DNA of 61,029 bases, the filler included. It is 7 parts of 7 records of this genome, joined end to end, with 100 filler letters (N's around TTAATTAATTAA, not from the genome) between each part and the next. Parts side by side here need not be neighbours in the genome. Positions count along the whole stretch, not along the records: positions 27,974 to 40,097 come from DRR723986_55918; 6 more parts are not named here. One strand, written 5' to 3'. The stretch's first letter is position 1. Each line of letters begins with the position of its first letter. A model generated the notes under the pieces. It saw only the letters and a program-made list of their open reading frames with translations. It made no database searches and was not told the origin of the DNA. Positions 29,271-40,034 of this stretch are shown here, piece after piece. The position numbers were made by a program, and so were the translations under genes.

Positions 29271-32132
29271 ATGAAAAAAAGTTTTTTACTCTTTCTGTTC
29301 TCAATTGCCTTTACTTTAGCAGGTTTTGCACAACAGACCATTGTTAAAGGAAGCGTTTTGGACGGAACTACAGGAGAACCAATTCCTGATGTAACCGTTA
29401 CTATTGAAGAAACCGGACAAACACTTAAAACTGACGCCAAAGGTGAATTCAGTTTTACTGAAAATGTTCCACTTGGCGAACAAGTTTTAAAGGTTGAAAA
29501 AATAGGCTATGTTACAAAGCGTTACCCAATTATTGTTAATGAAGGACAAACCGTTGATATAAGCGGAATGACTTTAGACTTTGATTCGAGTGACAAAAAA
29601 GATTTATTTATTATTTCAATTTCAGATGCAAATTTAAATAGTGAAGATGATGGTTTAACAGATAACATTTCTGGTTTATTACAAGCCTCTAGAGATGTAT
29701 TCTTAAGTGCAGCAGCATTTGACTTTAGCGCAACATTTTTTAGACCTAGAGGTTTAGACAATGCCAACGGTAAAGTTTTAATTAATGGTGTAGAAATGAA
29801 CAAACAGTTTAATGGAAGACCACAGTGGGCAAACTGGGGAGGATTAAATGATGTTCAACGAAACCAGGAGTTTTCCATGGGTATGTCTGCTAACGATTAC
29901 AACTTTGGTGACTTAGCAGGTACTAATAATATTGTAATGCGCGCTTCTAAATACAGAAGAGGAGGTCGTATTTCTTATGCCTCTGCAAATAGAAGTTATT
30001 CTGGTAGAGTTATGGCAAGTTATAGTTCTGGACTATTAGAAGGAGGGTGGTCTTACTCTGTGTTAGGATCTCGTCGTTTTGGTGAAGAAGGATTTATTGA
30101 TGGAACGCTTTACGATGCTAATTCTTTTTTCGTAGCTGTAGAAAAGCAAATAAACGAAAAACATGCACTTAACTTTACAGGTATTTATGCGCAAAATAGA
30201 CGTGGGCGTTCAACTGCAATCACTCAAGAGGTCTATGACCTTAAAGGAAGGAGCTATAATCCGTTTTGGGGAGAATTAAATGGTGAACAACGCAATTCAA
30301 GAATGCGAGAAACTGATGAGCCTATCCTAATGTTAAATCATTATTGGGATATTTCTTCAAAAGTAAGGTTAAATACAAATGTTGCTTATCAATTTGGTGA
30401 GATAGCAAACTCTAGAATAGATAATGGTGGTACGCGCCTAGTTAATATAAACGGTGAAAGCGTTTACTTAGGTGGCGCTAGAAATCCAACACCAGAGTAT
30501 TATCAAAACTTACCTAGCTATCACTTACAAGATCCTAATCCTACAGCATACGATTATCAGCTGGCTTATTTAGCTGAACAGGCATTTATTAATGATGGTC
30601 AGTTAAATTGGAATGCTTTATACGAAGGTAATGCAGCACTTAGAGCTCAAGGTGGTAACTCACTATACGCGCTACAATCTGATGTAGTCAAAGACAAACA
30701 ATTATCATTTAATACAATTTTAGATGCTGAATTAGCAGATAATATTAGACTAAATGCAGCACTTAACTATAGATCTTTAAAAAGTGAAAATTTTGCAAGG
30801 GTAGATGATTTATTAGGAGGAACAGGATATTTAGATGTAGATTTCTTTGCAGAAGAAACTCCAAATACTGTTGGTGGTAATTTAGAAGATGTTGCTCAGA
30901 GTGATCTAAGAAATCCAAACCGAATTGTTGGTGAAGGTGATCGATACAAGTATAATTATGATATGGATGCTGATGTGATCAGTGGATTTGCTCAAGCACA
31001 ATTTAAATATAATAAAGTAGATTTTTATGTTGGAGCAAATGTATCTCAAACAACCTATCAGAGAACTGGAAAATATGAAAATGGAAATTTCCAAGGAGGA
31101 GGAAATGATGGTTCATTTGGTAAGAGTGATAAATTAGAATTCTCTAATTATGGAATTAAAGGTGGTTTTACATATAAAATAACAGGTAAGCATTTATTAG
31201 ATGTTAACGGAAGCTATTTTACAAAAGCACCAACTCTTAGAAACTCATTTAGCAATGCAAGACAGACAAATGCTAAAGTGATTGGCTTAGAAAGTGAAAA
31301 AGTTCAATCTGTAGATGTAAGCTATATTTTTAGATCTCCAAAAGTAAAAGCAAGACTTACTGGTTTTTATTCTGGCTTTCAAGATGGAAGTGATATCGGA
31401 TTTTATTTTACTGAAGACCTTGCTGGTTTAGGTGTAGATAATGGCGATGCTTTTGTTCAAGAAATTTTAACGAATGTAGAAAGACGACATGTTGGGTTAG
31501 AATTTGGTATTGAAGCACAAGTTACACCAACTATTAAATTGAAAGGTGCAGCTTCAATAGGACAATATACTTTCCAAAACAATCCTAATCTTTATGTTAC
31601 AAGTGTAGACATAGATGGTCCTTTAACATTTGGTGATGGGACAACTCAGATAAAAGATTACCATGTTGCTGGTGGCCCAGAGCGCGCTTACCAAATAGGT
31701 TTTGAGTATAGAGATCCTGATTTTTGGAATATAGGTGTAACAAGTAACTTCTTCTCAAATGCTTATTTAGATATGAGTAACTTGGCGAGATCGGCAAACT
31801 TTACATCAGACTATGACGGTAATACATTTAACGATTACGATCCTGTATTAGCTAAAGAATTACTTAAGCAAGAGCAGTTTGATGATTATATGTTAGTAAA
31901 TATTATTGGTGGTAAATCTTGGAAAATAAATGATTACTTCGTTGGTTTCTTCGCTACAATAAACAATGTATTTAATGAAGAATACAGAACAGGTGGTTTT
32001 GAACAATCACGTTTAGCAAATTTCCGAAGACTACAAGAAGATAAATCTAGAGATAATGGTCCTGTTTTTGGCCCAAGATATTTCTTTGGAAATGGAACCA
32101 CATACTACCTTAACGTATACGTAAGATTTTAA
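29271..32132 (+). CDS. TonB-dependent receptor-like outer-membrane protein with carboxypeptidase-regulatory-like N-domain
   Basis: Signal peptide; KGSVLDGTTGEPIPDVTV; plug-like FRPRGLD; C-terminal YLNVYVRF. Confidence 0.88.
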   Translation: MKKSFLLFLFSIAFTLAGFAQQTIVKGSVLDGTTGEPIPDVTVTIEETGQTLKTDAKGEFSFTENVPLGEQVLKVEKIGYVTKRYPIIVNEGQTVDISGMTLDFDSSDKKDLFIISISDANLNSEDDGLTDNISGLLQASRDVFLSAAAFDFSATFFRPRGLDNANGKVLINGVEMNKQFNGRPQWANWGGLNDVQRNQEFSMGMSANDYNFGDLAGTNNIVMRASKYRRGGRISYASANRSYSGRVMASYSSGLLEGGWSYSVLGSRRFGEEGFIDGTLYDANSFFVAVEKQINEKHALNFTGIYAQNRRGRSTAITQEVYDLKGRSYNPFWGELNGEQRNSRMRETDEPILMLNHYWDISSKVRLNTNVAYQFGEIANSRIDNGGTRLVNINGESVYLGGARNPTPEYYQNLPSYHLQDPNPTAYDYQLAYLAEQAFINDGQLNWNALYEGNAALRAQGGNSLYALQSDVVKDKQLSFNTILDAELADNIRLNAALNYRSLKSENFARVDDLLGGTGYLDVDFFAEETPNTVGGNLEDVAQSDLRNPNRIVGEGDRYKYNYDMDADVISGFAQAQFKYNKVDFYVGANVSQTTYQRTGKYENGNFQGGGNDGSFGKSDKLEFSNYGIKGGFTYKITGKHLLDVNGSYFTKAPTLRNSFSNARQTNAKVIGLESEKVQSVDVSYIFRSPKVKARLTGFYSGFQDGSDIGFYFTEDLAGLGVDNGDAFVQEILTNVERRHVGLEFGIEAQVTPTIKLKGAASIGQYTFQNNPNLYVTSVDIDGPLTFGDGTTQIKDYHVAGGPERAYQIGFEYRDPDFWNIGVTSNFFSNAYLDMSNLARSANFTSDYDGNTFNDYDPVLAKELLKQEQFDDYMLVNIIGGKSWKINDYFVGFFATINNVFNEEYRTGGFEQSRLANFRRLQEDKSRDNGPVFGPRYFFGNGTTYYLNVYVRF

Positions 32133-32162
32133 GCAATGACACAACAAAATAAAATTTATAAA

Positions 32163-33584
32163 ATGAAAACTTTAAAAATTAACAAATTCATATTACTACT
32201 AGTAGGCCTGGTAGTATTCAACAGCTGTGTTGAAGATGATGACTTCAATACACCTAACACTTCTGTAACAGAGCCAGTTCTTGATGGACCAGAAGTATCG
32301 ATAGGAGCAATCGCAGGTCGTTTAGCACAAGAACAAGATAATGGAGGAACTCTAGACTATACAGATGAAGATACTGTATTAACATTTGACTTCAGTGAAG
32401 TTAACGAATACATGGTTGGTTATGTGGTATCTTCTGACGAAGGTGGTAATTATTTTGAAGAATTAATTCTTCAAGACAAAGCAGAAAATCCAACAATTGG
32501 AATAAAATTATTACTAGATGTTAACCCATTATTTGTAAGATATGAAATAGGTAGAAAAGTCTACATTAAACTAAATGGATTAGCCGTAGGAATGACTAAC
32601 GGTGTGTTTACCGTTGGTACTTTAAATGGAAATGAAGTTGACAAAATTTCTTCTGCTGCTGAAAATGATTTCGTTCTAAGGTCTGCAGAAGTAGCGACAA
32701 TGGTGCCAATGCCTTTAGAGTTTGGAGATTTTGCTGATGATAAAACAAACTTACTAATTGAACTTCAAGATGTACAGTTTAACAGAAACCAAGCAACGGG
32801 TGATAATCCTTTAAGCTTTGCCTCTGAAGCATCTGACGAGTTTGATGGAGAACGTAATTTAGAGAGTTGTGCTTCTGCATCTTCTGTAATTTTTAGCACA
32901 AGTACTTTCGCAGATTTTAAGAGCTTGACTTTACCTTCTGGAAGAGGAAATATGACAGCAGTATTAACTAAGGATTTCTTTGGTGAAGTATATAATGTTG
33001 TAGTAAGCTCACCTGAAGATATTAATTTTAACAGTGCTGATCGTTGTGATCCAGACTTTTTAGAATGTACTGGAGCTTCAGGTGGAGGTTCTGCAATTTT
33101 CTTAGAAGACTTTGAAACATTCGGAACGTTTGCATCTGAAGGTTGGACTAACGTAAATGTTAGTGGTGGAAGTACACAGTGGGTAGAAGGTAGCTTTAGT
33201 GGAAATGCTTATGCTCAAATCTCTGGTTTTAACAGTGGAGATGATGAAATCAACGTTTGGTTAGTTACTCCATCAATAAACATGGATGCAACTACAGGAG
33301 AAGAGCTTTCATTTGACATCCAGGCTAATTTTGATAATGGGACCATTTTAACTGTATTAGTTTCTAATGACTTTACAGGTGATCCTACAACAGCAACATG
33401 GCAACTCTTAGATGCTTCTATACCTGTTGGTCCTAGTGGAGGATTTGGAAGTTTTGAAGGTGTTGGCCCAATAAATGTTTCCTGTGTAGATGGTGACGTT
33501 AATTTTGCCTTCTTCTATGAAGGATCAGATCCTAGTGGAACTACAAGATATCATGTAGATAATGTAGAGGTTACAGGTAACTAA
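32163..33584 (+). CDS. DUF5689-like surface lipoprotein
   Basis: Lipobox FNSC; GYVVSSDEGGNYFEELILQD; YEIGRKVYIKLNGL; C-terminal beta-sandwich WLVTP. Confidence 0.8.
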   Translation: MKTLKINKFILLLVGLVVFNSCVEDDDFNTPNTSVTEPVLDGPEVSIGAIAGRLAQEQDNGGTLDYTDEDTVLTFDFSEVNEYMVGYVVSSDEGGNYFEELILQDKAENPTIGIKLLLDVNPLFVRYEIGRKVYIKLNGLAVGMTNGVFTVGTLNGNEVDKISSAAENDFVLRSAEVATMVPMPLEFGDFADDKTNLLIELQDVQFNRNQATGDNPLSFASEASDEFDGERNLESCASASSVIFSTSTFADFKSLTLPSGRGNMTAVLTKDFFGEVYNVVVSSPEDINFNSADRCDPDFLECTGASGGGSAIFLEDFETFGTFASEGWTNVNVSGGSTQWVEGSFSGNAYAQISGFNSGDDEINVWLVTPSINMDATTGEELSFDIQANFDNGTILTVLVSNDFTGDPTTATWQLLDASIPVGPSGGFGSFEGVGPINVSCVDGDVNFAFFYEGSDPSGTTRYHVDNVEVTGN

Positions 33585-33601
33585 TTCTCATTTATATCAA
33601 T

Positions 33602-33641
33602 AAAAAGCCACATCTTTGTAATAGAAGATGTGGCTTTTTTT
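33602..33641 (+). terminator. intrinsic terminator
   Basis: AAAAAGCCACATCTT...AAGATGTGGCTTTTTTT. Confidence 0.85.
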
Positions 33642-33656
33642 ATACCATCATACCTT

Positions 33657-34019
33657 ATGTTAGATTCGTTTTATATTTCTGTTTTTAATTACTATAAGAA
33701 ATCTGTTGGCAAACGTAGCTTGACAATTTCTTTAGTATATATAAACTTTTTAGAGCTAAGTATTTTTTTAGCTCTAGCATCATTCTTTATGGCATTTGCC
33801 GTACAAATGAAAATGATTGTAATGTCCTCGTTAAAATTCTGGGTTTTATTTGGACTCATCGCAGTGTTTGTAATTTTCAAAAACTGGATGAGATATAATG
33901 GCAAGAAACGGAACGTGTTAAATGCTAAGTCAAAATCTAAAACACATTCTATTTTCTTAATATGGCTTATGCCTATAGGATTTTTATTAATTGCATTAGT
34001 GCTTCTGCAGGCACAATAA
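33657..34019 (+). CDS. hypothetical membrane protein
   Basis: Three TM-like segments; FKNWMRYNGKKR. Confidence 0.7.
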   Translation: MLDSFYISVFNYYKKSVGKRSLTISLVYINFLELSIFLALASFFMAFAVQMKMIVMSSLKFWVLFGLIAVFVIFKNWMRYNGKKRNVLNAKSKSKTHSIFLIWLMPIGFLLIALVLLQAQ

Positions 34020-34049
34020 AAAAAGCTATTCCGTGAAGAATAGCTTTTA
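34019..34049. terminator. bidirectional terminator between convergent genes
   Basis: AAAAGCTATTC-CGTGAA-GAATAGCTTTT. Confidence 0.8.
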
Positions 34050-34071
34050 AGTTTATGAGTTTACTGAGTAA

Positions 34072-34587
34072 TTACTCAGCTTTCTTTTCAGTATCACAAC
34101 ATGCCTTTTTACAATCTTCTGCACAAGCCTTCTTTTCTTCTTCAGTCTTTTCAGCACAACATGCTTTATCGCAATCTTTATCACATCCTTTTTTAGCATC
34201 ACCAAAGTCTTCAACTTTCTTCATGTCTTTTACGGTGTATACATCACCTACCTTCGAAACTGCTTCTTCCAAAGATTTTGGCGTTACTTTGGCTTCATCA
34301 TATTCTACCATAGCTAAACGTTTGTCAAAATCTACTTTTGCAGATTTTACGCCTTCCATTTTAGCCATTTTCTTTTCAATGGTTTTTGCACAACCCATTG
34401 CGCAAGTCATTCCGTCAATACTAAATTCTACTTTGGCATAAGTTGCATTTGGATCTAAAGTTTCAGAAACTTCTTTCTTAGTCACTTCTACATCTACTGT
34501 TTTAACTTCTGGTTGAGTTTCATTTTTACAAGATGAAAAAACCAAAGTCATTAATGCAACGATACATATGTTTTTAAATGTTCTCAT
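34072..34587 (-). CDS. heavy-metal-associated (HMA) domain lipoprotein with Cys-rich tail
   Basis: Lipobox FSSC; GMTCAMGC; tail KGCDKDCDKACC...KACAEDCKKACC. Confidence 0.9.
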   Translation of the reverse strand: MRTFKNICIVALMTLVFSSCKNETQPEVKTVDVEVTKKEVSETLDPNATYAKVEFSIDGMTCAMGCAKTIEKKMAKMEGVKSAKVDFDKRLAMVEYDEAKVTPKSLEEAVSKVGDVYTVKDMKKVEDFGDAKKGCDKDCDKACCAEKTEEEKKACAEDCKKACCDTEKKAE

Positions 34588-34683
34588 AGGTACAAATTAT
34601 TAAATTTTCGCTAAATCTAATAAATATTGGTGTTTCTTGAGCAAGAATTAACGATTTTTGTGATTCCTTATCAAAACACTTGT

Positions 34684-35562
34684 ATGAAAAACCCTAATAT
34701 TAAGTGGATTCATCTTATAATTCTCTCTATAATATGGGGCAGCTCATTCATTTTAATTAAGAAATCTCTTCTTGGATTAACACCATACCAGTTAGGTGCA
34801 TTAAGAACCATTATTACAGGTATTATTCTACTTGCTGTTGGCTATAACAGGCTTAAAAATATGCCAAAAGACAAATGGAAATGGCTCATTCTGTCTGGTT
34901 TTTTAGGATCTTTTTTTCCTGCTTTTTTCTTTGCCATTGCAGAAACTGAAATTGACAGTGCAGTTGCCTCAATACTTAATTCTCTAGTTCCTCTAAATAC
35001 AATTTTACTTGGATTCGCTGTTTTTAAAATCGCTTCAACCAGAAGACAAGTTCTAGGTGTCATAATTGGTTTTATAGGCACTGCCATTTTAATTTTAAAA
35101 GGGTCTGAACTAAATCCTAATCAAAACTATTTATATGCTGGCTTTGTAATAGCTTCTACACTAATGTATGCTACAAACATTAATATCATAAAACGCCATT
35201 TGCAAGATGTAAAACCTCTAGCCATTGCCGCTGGGAACTATGTGTTTATAATTATACCTGCACTTGTTGTATTAATTTATGACGATTTCTTTTCACGAGA
35301 AACCTTTAATAATCCAATGCTATTAGAAGCCATTTTGTATGTCACTATTTTATCTGTATTCGGTACTGCTATTGCAAAAGTTATATTTAATAAACTGGTT
35401 CAGATATCAACTCCGGTATTTGCATCATCAGTAACTTATATTATGCCAATAGTGGCACTCATCTGGGGAGTTTTAGATGGTGAAGCATTTAGTCTTTTAC
35501 AAGCACTAGCTGCTTTATTAATTTTATTTGGTGTTTATCTTTCTCACAAGAAAAGGGTATAA
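34684..35562 (+). CDS. DMT/EamA family transporter
   Basis: IWGSSFILIK; about ten TM segments; VTYIMPIVALIWG. Confidence 0.92.
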   Translation: MKNPNIKWIHLIILSIIWGSSFILIKKSLLGLTPYQLGALRTIITGIILLAVGYNRLKNMPKDKWKWLILSGFLGSFFPAFFFAIAETEIDSAVASILNSLVPLNTILLGFAVFKIASTRRQVLGVIIGFIGTAILILKGSELNPNQNYLYAGFVIASTLMYATNINIIKRHLQDVKPLAIAAGNYVFIIIPALVVLIYDDFFSRETFNNPMLLEAILYVTILSVFGTAIAKVIFNKLVQISTPVFASSVTYIMPIVALIWGVLDGEAFSLLQALAALLILFGVYLSHKKRV

Positions 35563-35590
35563 AAAAACCGAAGTTTTCACTTCGGTTTAA
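35561..35590. terminator. terminator hairpin between convergent genes
   Basis: AAACCGAAG-TTTTCA-CTTCGGTTT. Confidence 0.75.
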
Positions 35591-35610
35591 TTATTTTGTG
35601 TTATTGAACT

Positions 35611-37689
35611 CTAGTTAAAATCTTCAGCAGTAACGCCTTCGTTAATTTTAGCTTCTTTTGTTTCAAAAACAAATGATTGAGGACCTGTAGTTACCTTCAT
35701 TGTATAAGGCATCATTACACCATCAACCTCTTGATAGTTTTCGTAATCTGTTACTGTTGTAATAGATTGTCCTTGTGCTTCATTGGTTTCTTCAGTTCTT
35801 ACTAAATAACCAGTTTTAGCATCATAATATCTAAATGATGTTTTATCATCTTTAGTTACTGCTATTTTGTAAACATCAGTACCGTCAATAGTTGTTAAGC
35901 TTTCTAATTTTAGCGTAGAAGGCTCCATGAATAATTCTTCAAATAATCCTTTTGAAGATTTTCTCGATGACAATGTAGCGTCATCCATCGGAATTTTTCT
36001 TCCTTGTTGTTCCATGTAACCATTCTCACCATCAAAATTTTGCTTCATTAATGTACCCATACCTTCAGCAACTAATTCCATAGAGAATTTATTTGGTGAC
36101 ATTTGCTTTATAATTGCTTCTGGCTTAAATGGTGCACCAGGAATTGTAACATCTGCTTTCATCATCGTTGAATTCACTTTTCTCAAGTTGTCTTCACCTC
36201 CAATTGCTTTTACATAATTCTTTACAACTGTTTCTGCTGTTAAACCATCTGGCAATGGTTTTGAAAAAACTGGCTTCTCTGTAGGATTAGCGTAAGCATC
36301 ATAATACTTAATTGGAATTCCTGTTTTTTCAAGATTCTCTAATACTTCACTTCCTTTACCTACAACTATAACGCGTGCATTTTCAGTTTTGAAATACTTA
36401 TTTGCAACACGCATTACATCGTCTTTTGACACTGCATTAATTTTTTCTAAATATGTTGCATAGAAATCTTCTGGTAAATCATTTAATTTAATGTTTAATG
36501 CATATCGTGCAATTGTCTGTGGACTTTCTAATGCTAAAACAAAATCACCAACATACTTAGCCTTAGCATTTGCTAAATCTTTAGAATCTACTGGTTCTGT
36601 TTTAATACGATTTATTTCCTTCAATGTTTCTACTACAGCACTGTCTGTAACCGCATTTCTTACTGCCGCACCTGCTGTAAATCTAGAAGCATTCCATCTA
36701 CTTGTACCAACACTAGAGCGCGCACCATAAGTATAGCCATGCTCCTCACGAAGATTCATGTTTAAGTAACTACCAAAGCCACCACCAAGAATTTTATTAG
36801 CAATTAAAACTTTGTGGTAGTCTTCATCTTTCATTTTTAAATCAACGTTATTCGTCAATGAAATATTAGACTGAACTGCATTTGGCATGTCAACAAAATT
36901 AATCTGCGTATACTGTGCATTTGCCTTTGGTTCTGGTATTGTGATATCTATTTCAGCAGATTTCTCCCATGAACCAAAATGCTTTTTTAGTTGTTTTTTT
37001 ACATCACTCATTTTTACATCTCCTACAACTACGATATACGCATTATTAGGATTAAAGTATTTTCCGTAAAACGCTAAAACATCACCAAACTCAATATTGT
37101 TTACCGTTTCTTCTGTTACAAACTCACCTCTTGGATGAGTTGTACCATATGATAATGCTCCACCAACTCTACCAGCAACAGCGTCAACACTTTTTTCTTG
37201 TGATTTTAAGTTTTCTAAAAGCTTTTCTTTTTCTTTTTCAAACTCTTCTTTTGTCAATAGTGGATTAATAGCTGCATCTGCCATTAATTCTATAATTCTA
37301 TCGGAATATTTAGATAAAGAACTTGCAAAACCTCCCTGAGCACCAAATCCTAAACTCGCGCCTAAGAAATCTATTTCGTCATTGAATTCATCTTTAGGAA
37401 TATTCGTCGTTCCATTTCCAAGCATTGCAGCCAAAATACTAGATACACCAGCTTTTTTACCTTCTGAAATTGGTTTATTATCTATGGTTAATGAGTAAGA
37501 TACTCTTGGCAGTTTGTTGTTTTCTACAACTAGTACTTTAATACCATTTTTTAATTCAAATTCACCTGGCTTTTCTAAAGTAATCTTAGGTGCAGGACCT
37601 GGCTCTGGCATTTTAGAGCGATCTATTTGTGCATTTACACCCATTGCCATTAAAAACAATACGACAAATGCAGATATTTTAGTTTTCAT
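35611..37689 (-). CDS. M16 family peptidase, non-catalytic subunit with C-terminal extension
   Basis: LKNGIKVLVV, NLREEHGYTYG; HxxEH absent. Confidence 0.9.
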   Translation of the reverse strand: MKTKISAFVVLFLMAMGVNAQIDRSKMPEPGPAPKITLEKPGEFELKNGIKVLVVENNKLPRVSYSLTIDNKPISEGKKAGVSSILAAMLGNGTTNIPKDEFNDEIDFLGASLGFGAQGGFASSLSKYSDRIIELMADAAINPLLTKEEFEKEKEKLLENLKSQEKSVDAVAGRVGGALSYGTTHPRGEFVTEETVNNIEFGDVLAFYGKYFNPNNAYIVVVGDVKMSDVKKQLKKHFGSWEKSAEIDITIPEPKANAQYTQINFVDMPNAVQSNISLTNNVDLKMKDEDYHKVLIANKILGGGFGSYLNMNLREEHGYTYGARSSVGTSRWNASRFTAGAAVRNAVTDSAVVETLKEINRIKTEPVDSKDLANAKAKYVGDFVLALESPQTIARYALNIKLNDLPEDFYATYLEKINAVSKDDVMRVANKYFKTENARVIVVGKGSEVLENLEKTGIPIKYYDAYANPTEKPVFSKPLPDGLTAETVVKNYVKAIGGEDNLRKVNSTMMKADVTIPGAPFKPEAIIKQMSPNKFSMELVAEGMGTLMKQNFDGENGYMEQQGRKIPMDDATLSSRKSSKGLFEELFMEPSTLKLESLTTIDGTDVYKIAVTKDDKTSFRYYDAKTGYLVRTEETNEAQGQSITTVTDYENYQEVDGVMMPYTMKVTTGPQSFVFETKEAKINEGVTAEDFN

Positions 37690-37705
37690 ATTAAAATTTT
37701 TCATC

Positions 37706-39025
37706 TTATTGATCATCTTTTTTTGGTAAATACTCAAGTATTAATCTTTGGTTAGAATTTAAATACTTCTTAGCTACATCTCTTATTTCTTCTCTTGTTA
37801 TTGAACGATAAATGTCAATTTCGTTATTTATTAAATTGATATCATCATACAACATATAGTAGCGTGCTAATGAATTTGCTATACCAGAAATGCTAGAATT
37901 TGAGTTTACAAATTGATTCTCAAATTGGTTTTGAAGTTTCTGATAATCACGTTCAGAAATTAATTCTTCTTGCATTTTTGCAACTTCTTCATCCATTTCC
38001 GTAATTAATGTATCTAAAGAAACATCACCCAATGGTAAACCGAATAATGCATAAATACCATAATCTTCCTGACTGATATTTACAGCTTGAACAGCAAGTG
38101 CTTGTTTTTGCTCATCTACTAACTTTTTGTACAATACTGAACTTTTACCTCCACTTAAATAACTTGATATCATATTTAAAACATAAGAATCTCTACTCTT
38201 AAATGATGGGGTTCTGTATGCTGCTATAACCGCTGGTATCTGAATATTAGGATCATAAGCCTTATCTCTCATAGATTCTGTTATTTGCTGCTCTCTAGGC
38301 AGGTCTCTAACAACATCTTTACCTCGAGGAATAGGACCAAAATAATCTTGAATCATTCTCTTTACCTCAGCCTTATCTATATCACCAGCAACAACTAATA
38401 CAGCATTATTTGGCACATAGTACTTTTTATTAAATGCTTGAAATTCTTCTAAAGTAGCAGCATCTAAATGCTCCATTTCACCAATTGTAGTTCCTTTGTA
38501 AGGGTGAACCTTAAACATGCGTTTTTTAATTTCAGCAAGTATATTTCCATATGGTTGATTATCTACACGGAGACGCTTTTCTTCTTTTACGACTTCATTC
38601 TGAGTATCAACGCCTATCTGGTTAATAACAGGATGTAATAAACGCTCGGACTCCATCCATAAACCTAACTCAACACTGTTAGAAGGAAATACTTCGTAAT
38701 AATAAGTTCTGTCGTCTGTTGTATTTGCATTATTACTTCCTCCATTAGAAGTTACTATGTTAAACCATTCTCCTCGTGGAATGTTTTCAGTACCTTCAAA
38801 TAGTAAGTGCTCAAAAAAGTGTGCAAATCCAGTACGCTCAGGATCTTCATCTTTCGCACCAACATGATACATAACTGATACAGTGACTACGGGAGCCGAA
38901 TTATCTTGATGCAAAATCACATGCATACCATTGTCTAAATAGTACTCCTCAAATTCTACTTTCTGCGCATTGGAATGAAACCCAACAAGCAATAAAAGCG
39001 CTAGAGTAAATAAGCTTTTTTTCAT
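37706..39025 (-). CDS. M16 family zinc peptidase, catalytic subunit
   Basis: GFAHFFEHLLF (HxxEH), NANTTDDRTYY. Confidence 0.95.
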   Translation of the reverse strand: MKKSLFTLALLLLVGFHSNAQKVEFEEYYLDNGMHVILHQDNSAPVVTVSVMYHVGAKDEDPERTGFAHFFEHLLFEGTENIPRGEWFNIVTSNGGSNNANTTDDRTYYYEVFPSNSVELGLWMESERLLHPVINQIGVDTQNEVVKEEKRLRVDNQPYGNILAEIKKRMFKVHPYKGTTIGEMEHLDAATLEEFQAFNKKYYVPNNAVLVVAGDIDKAEVKRMIQDYFGPIPRGKDVVRDLPREQQITESMRDKAYDPNIQIPAVIAAYRTPSFKSRDSYVLNMISSYLSGGKSSVLYKKLVDEQKQALAVQAVNISQEDYGIYALFGLPLGDVSLDTLITEMDEEVAKMQEELISERDYQKLQNQFENQFVNSNSSISGIANSLARYYMLYDDINLINNEIDIYRSITREEIRDVAKKYLNSNQRLILEYLPKKDDQ

Positions 39026-39222
39026 TATTAAGTGTGTTTAAATTTTAATTTTGTTTTAGTGTATGTCTTTACTATATGTACATTGTTACATAAAGCCTCA
39101 CAAAAATAAGGAATGATTTACCTTTTTAACATAATAAAATGTGAAAAGTGTAGTAATAATCGGACTAACAAAATAATTGATAAAGACAGATATCTAAAAT
39201 GTTCTTGAAATCGCTCAAAACG

Positions 39223-39253
39223 TTTGTAGATTAAGAATTTAGAAGTATATTTG
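39223..39253 (+). promoter_or_regulatory. Bacteroidota sigma-A promoter of rplU
   Basis: TTTG (39223-39226), 19-nt spacer, TATATTTG (39246-39253). Confidence 0.8.
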
Positions 39254-39313
39254 CATCCGCTTTCTGAGAAAAGCATATTAAATTAATAAACAAATTAATA
39301 AAAACGTTACGCT

Positions 39314-39994
39314 ATGTACGCAATTGTAGAGATAGCAGGGCATCAATTTAAAGTTGAAAAAGACCAAAAAGTTTTTGTTAACCGTTTATCTACTGAAGAA
39401 GGTAAGAAAGTTTCTTTCGATAACGTTCTTTTAATAGGAAATGGTAAAGACATTACTTTAGGCGCCCCAGCTATAGACGGAGCACAAGTTAGTGCTAAAG
39501 TCTTAAAGCACCTTAAAGGTGACAAAGTAATCGTTTTCAAAAAGAAAAGACGTAAAGGTTACCGTGTTAAGAACGGTCACAGACAAGCCTTAACTGAAAT
39601 CGTAATTGAAGGCATTACTGCTTCTGGAGCAAAGAAAGCTGCTCCGAAGAAAGAAACTAAAAAAGCTGAACCTAAAGCTGCTGCACCAAAAGCAGAAGCT
39701 AAAAAGGCAGCACCAAAAGCAAAACCAGCTGCTAAAAAAGCAACAGGTAAAGCTGATGATTTAAAGAAAATTGAAGGTGTCGGACCAAAAATTGCTTCTA
39801 CTTTAGTTGAAGCTGGTGTTGCTACTTTTGCTGAATTAGCTAAAACTAGTCCAGAGAAAATTTCTGAAATCATTGCAGGAGTTCGTGGTAATCATGTTAC
39901 TGACACTTGGCCAAAGCAAGCTGAATTAGCTGCTGAAGGAAAGTGGGACGAGCTTAAAAAATGGCAAGACGAATTAGATGGTGGTAAAGCATAA
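39314..39994 (+). CDS. rplU: 50S ribosomal protein L21 with Ala/Lys linker and C-terminal HhH domain
   Basis: MYAIVEIAGHQFKV...KKKRRKGYRVKNGHRQ; DDLKKIEGVGPKI. Confidence 0.97.
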   Translation: MYAIVEIAGHQFKVEKDQKVFVNRLSTEEGKKVSFDNVLLIGNGKDITLGAPAIDGAQVSAKVLKHLKGDKVIVFKKKRRKGYRVKNGHRQALTEIVIEGITASGAKKAAPKKETKKAEPKAAAPKAEAKKAAPKAKPAAKKATGKADDLKKIEGVGPKIASTLVEAGVATFAELAKTSPEKISEIIAGVRGNHVTDTWPKQAELAAEGKWDELKKWQDELDGGKA

Positions 39995-40034
39995 TTGCAA
40001 CCACTTAAGTTTAACAATATAAAACCTTAAGACA

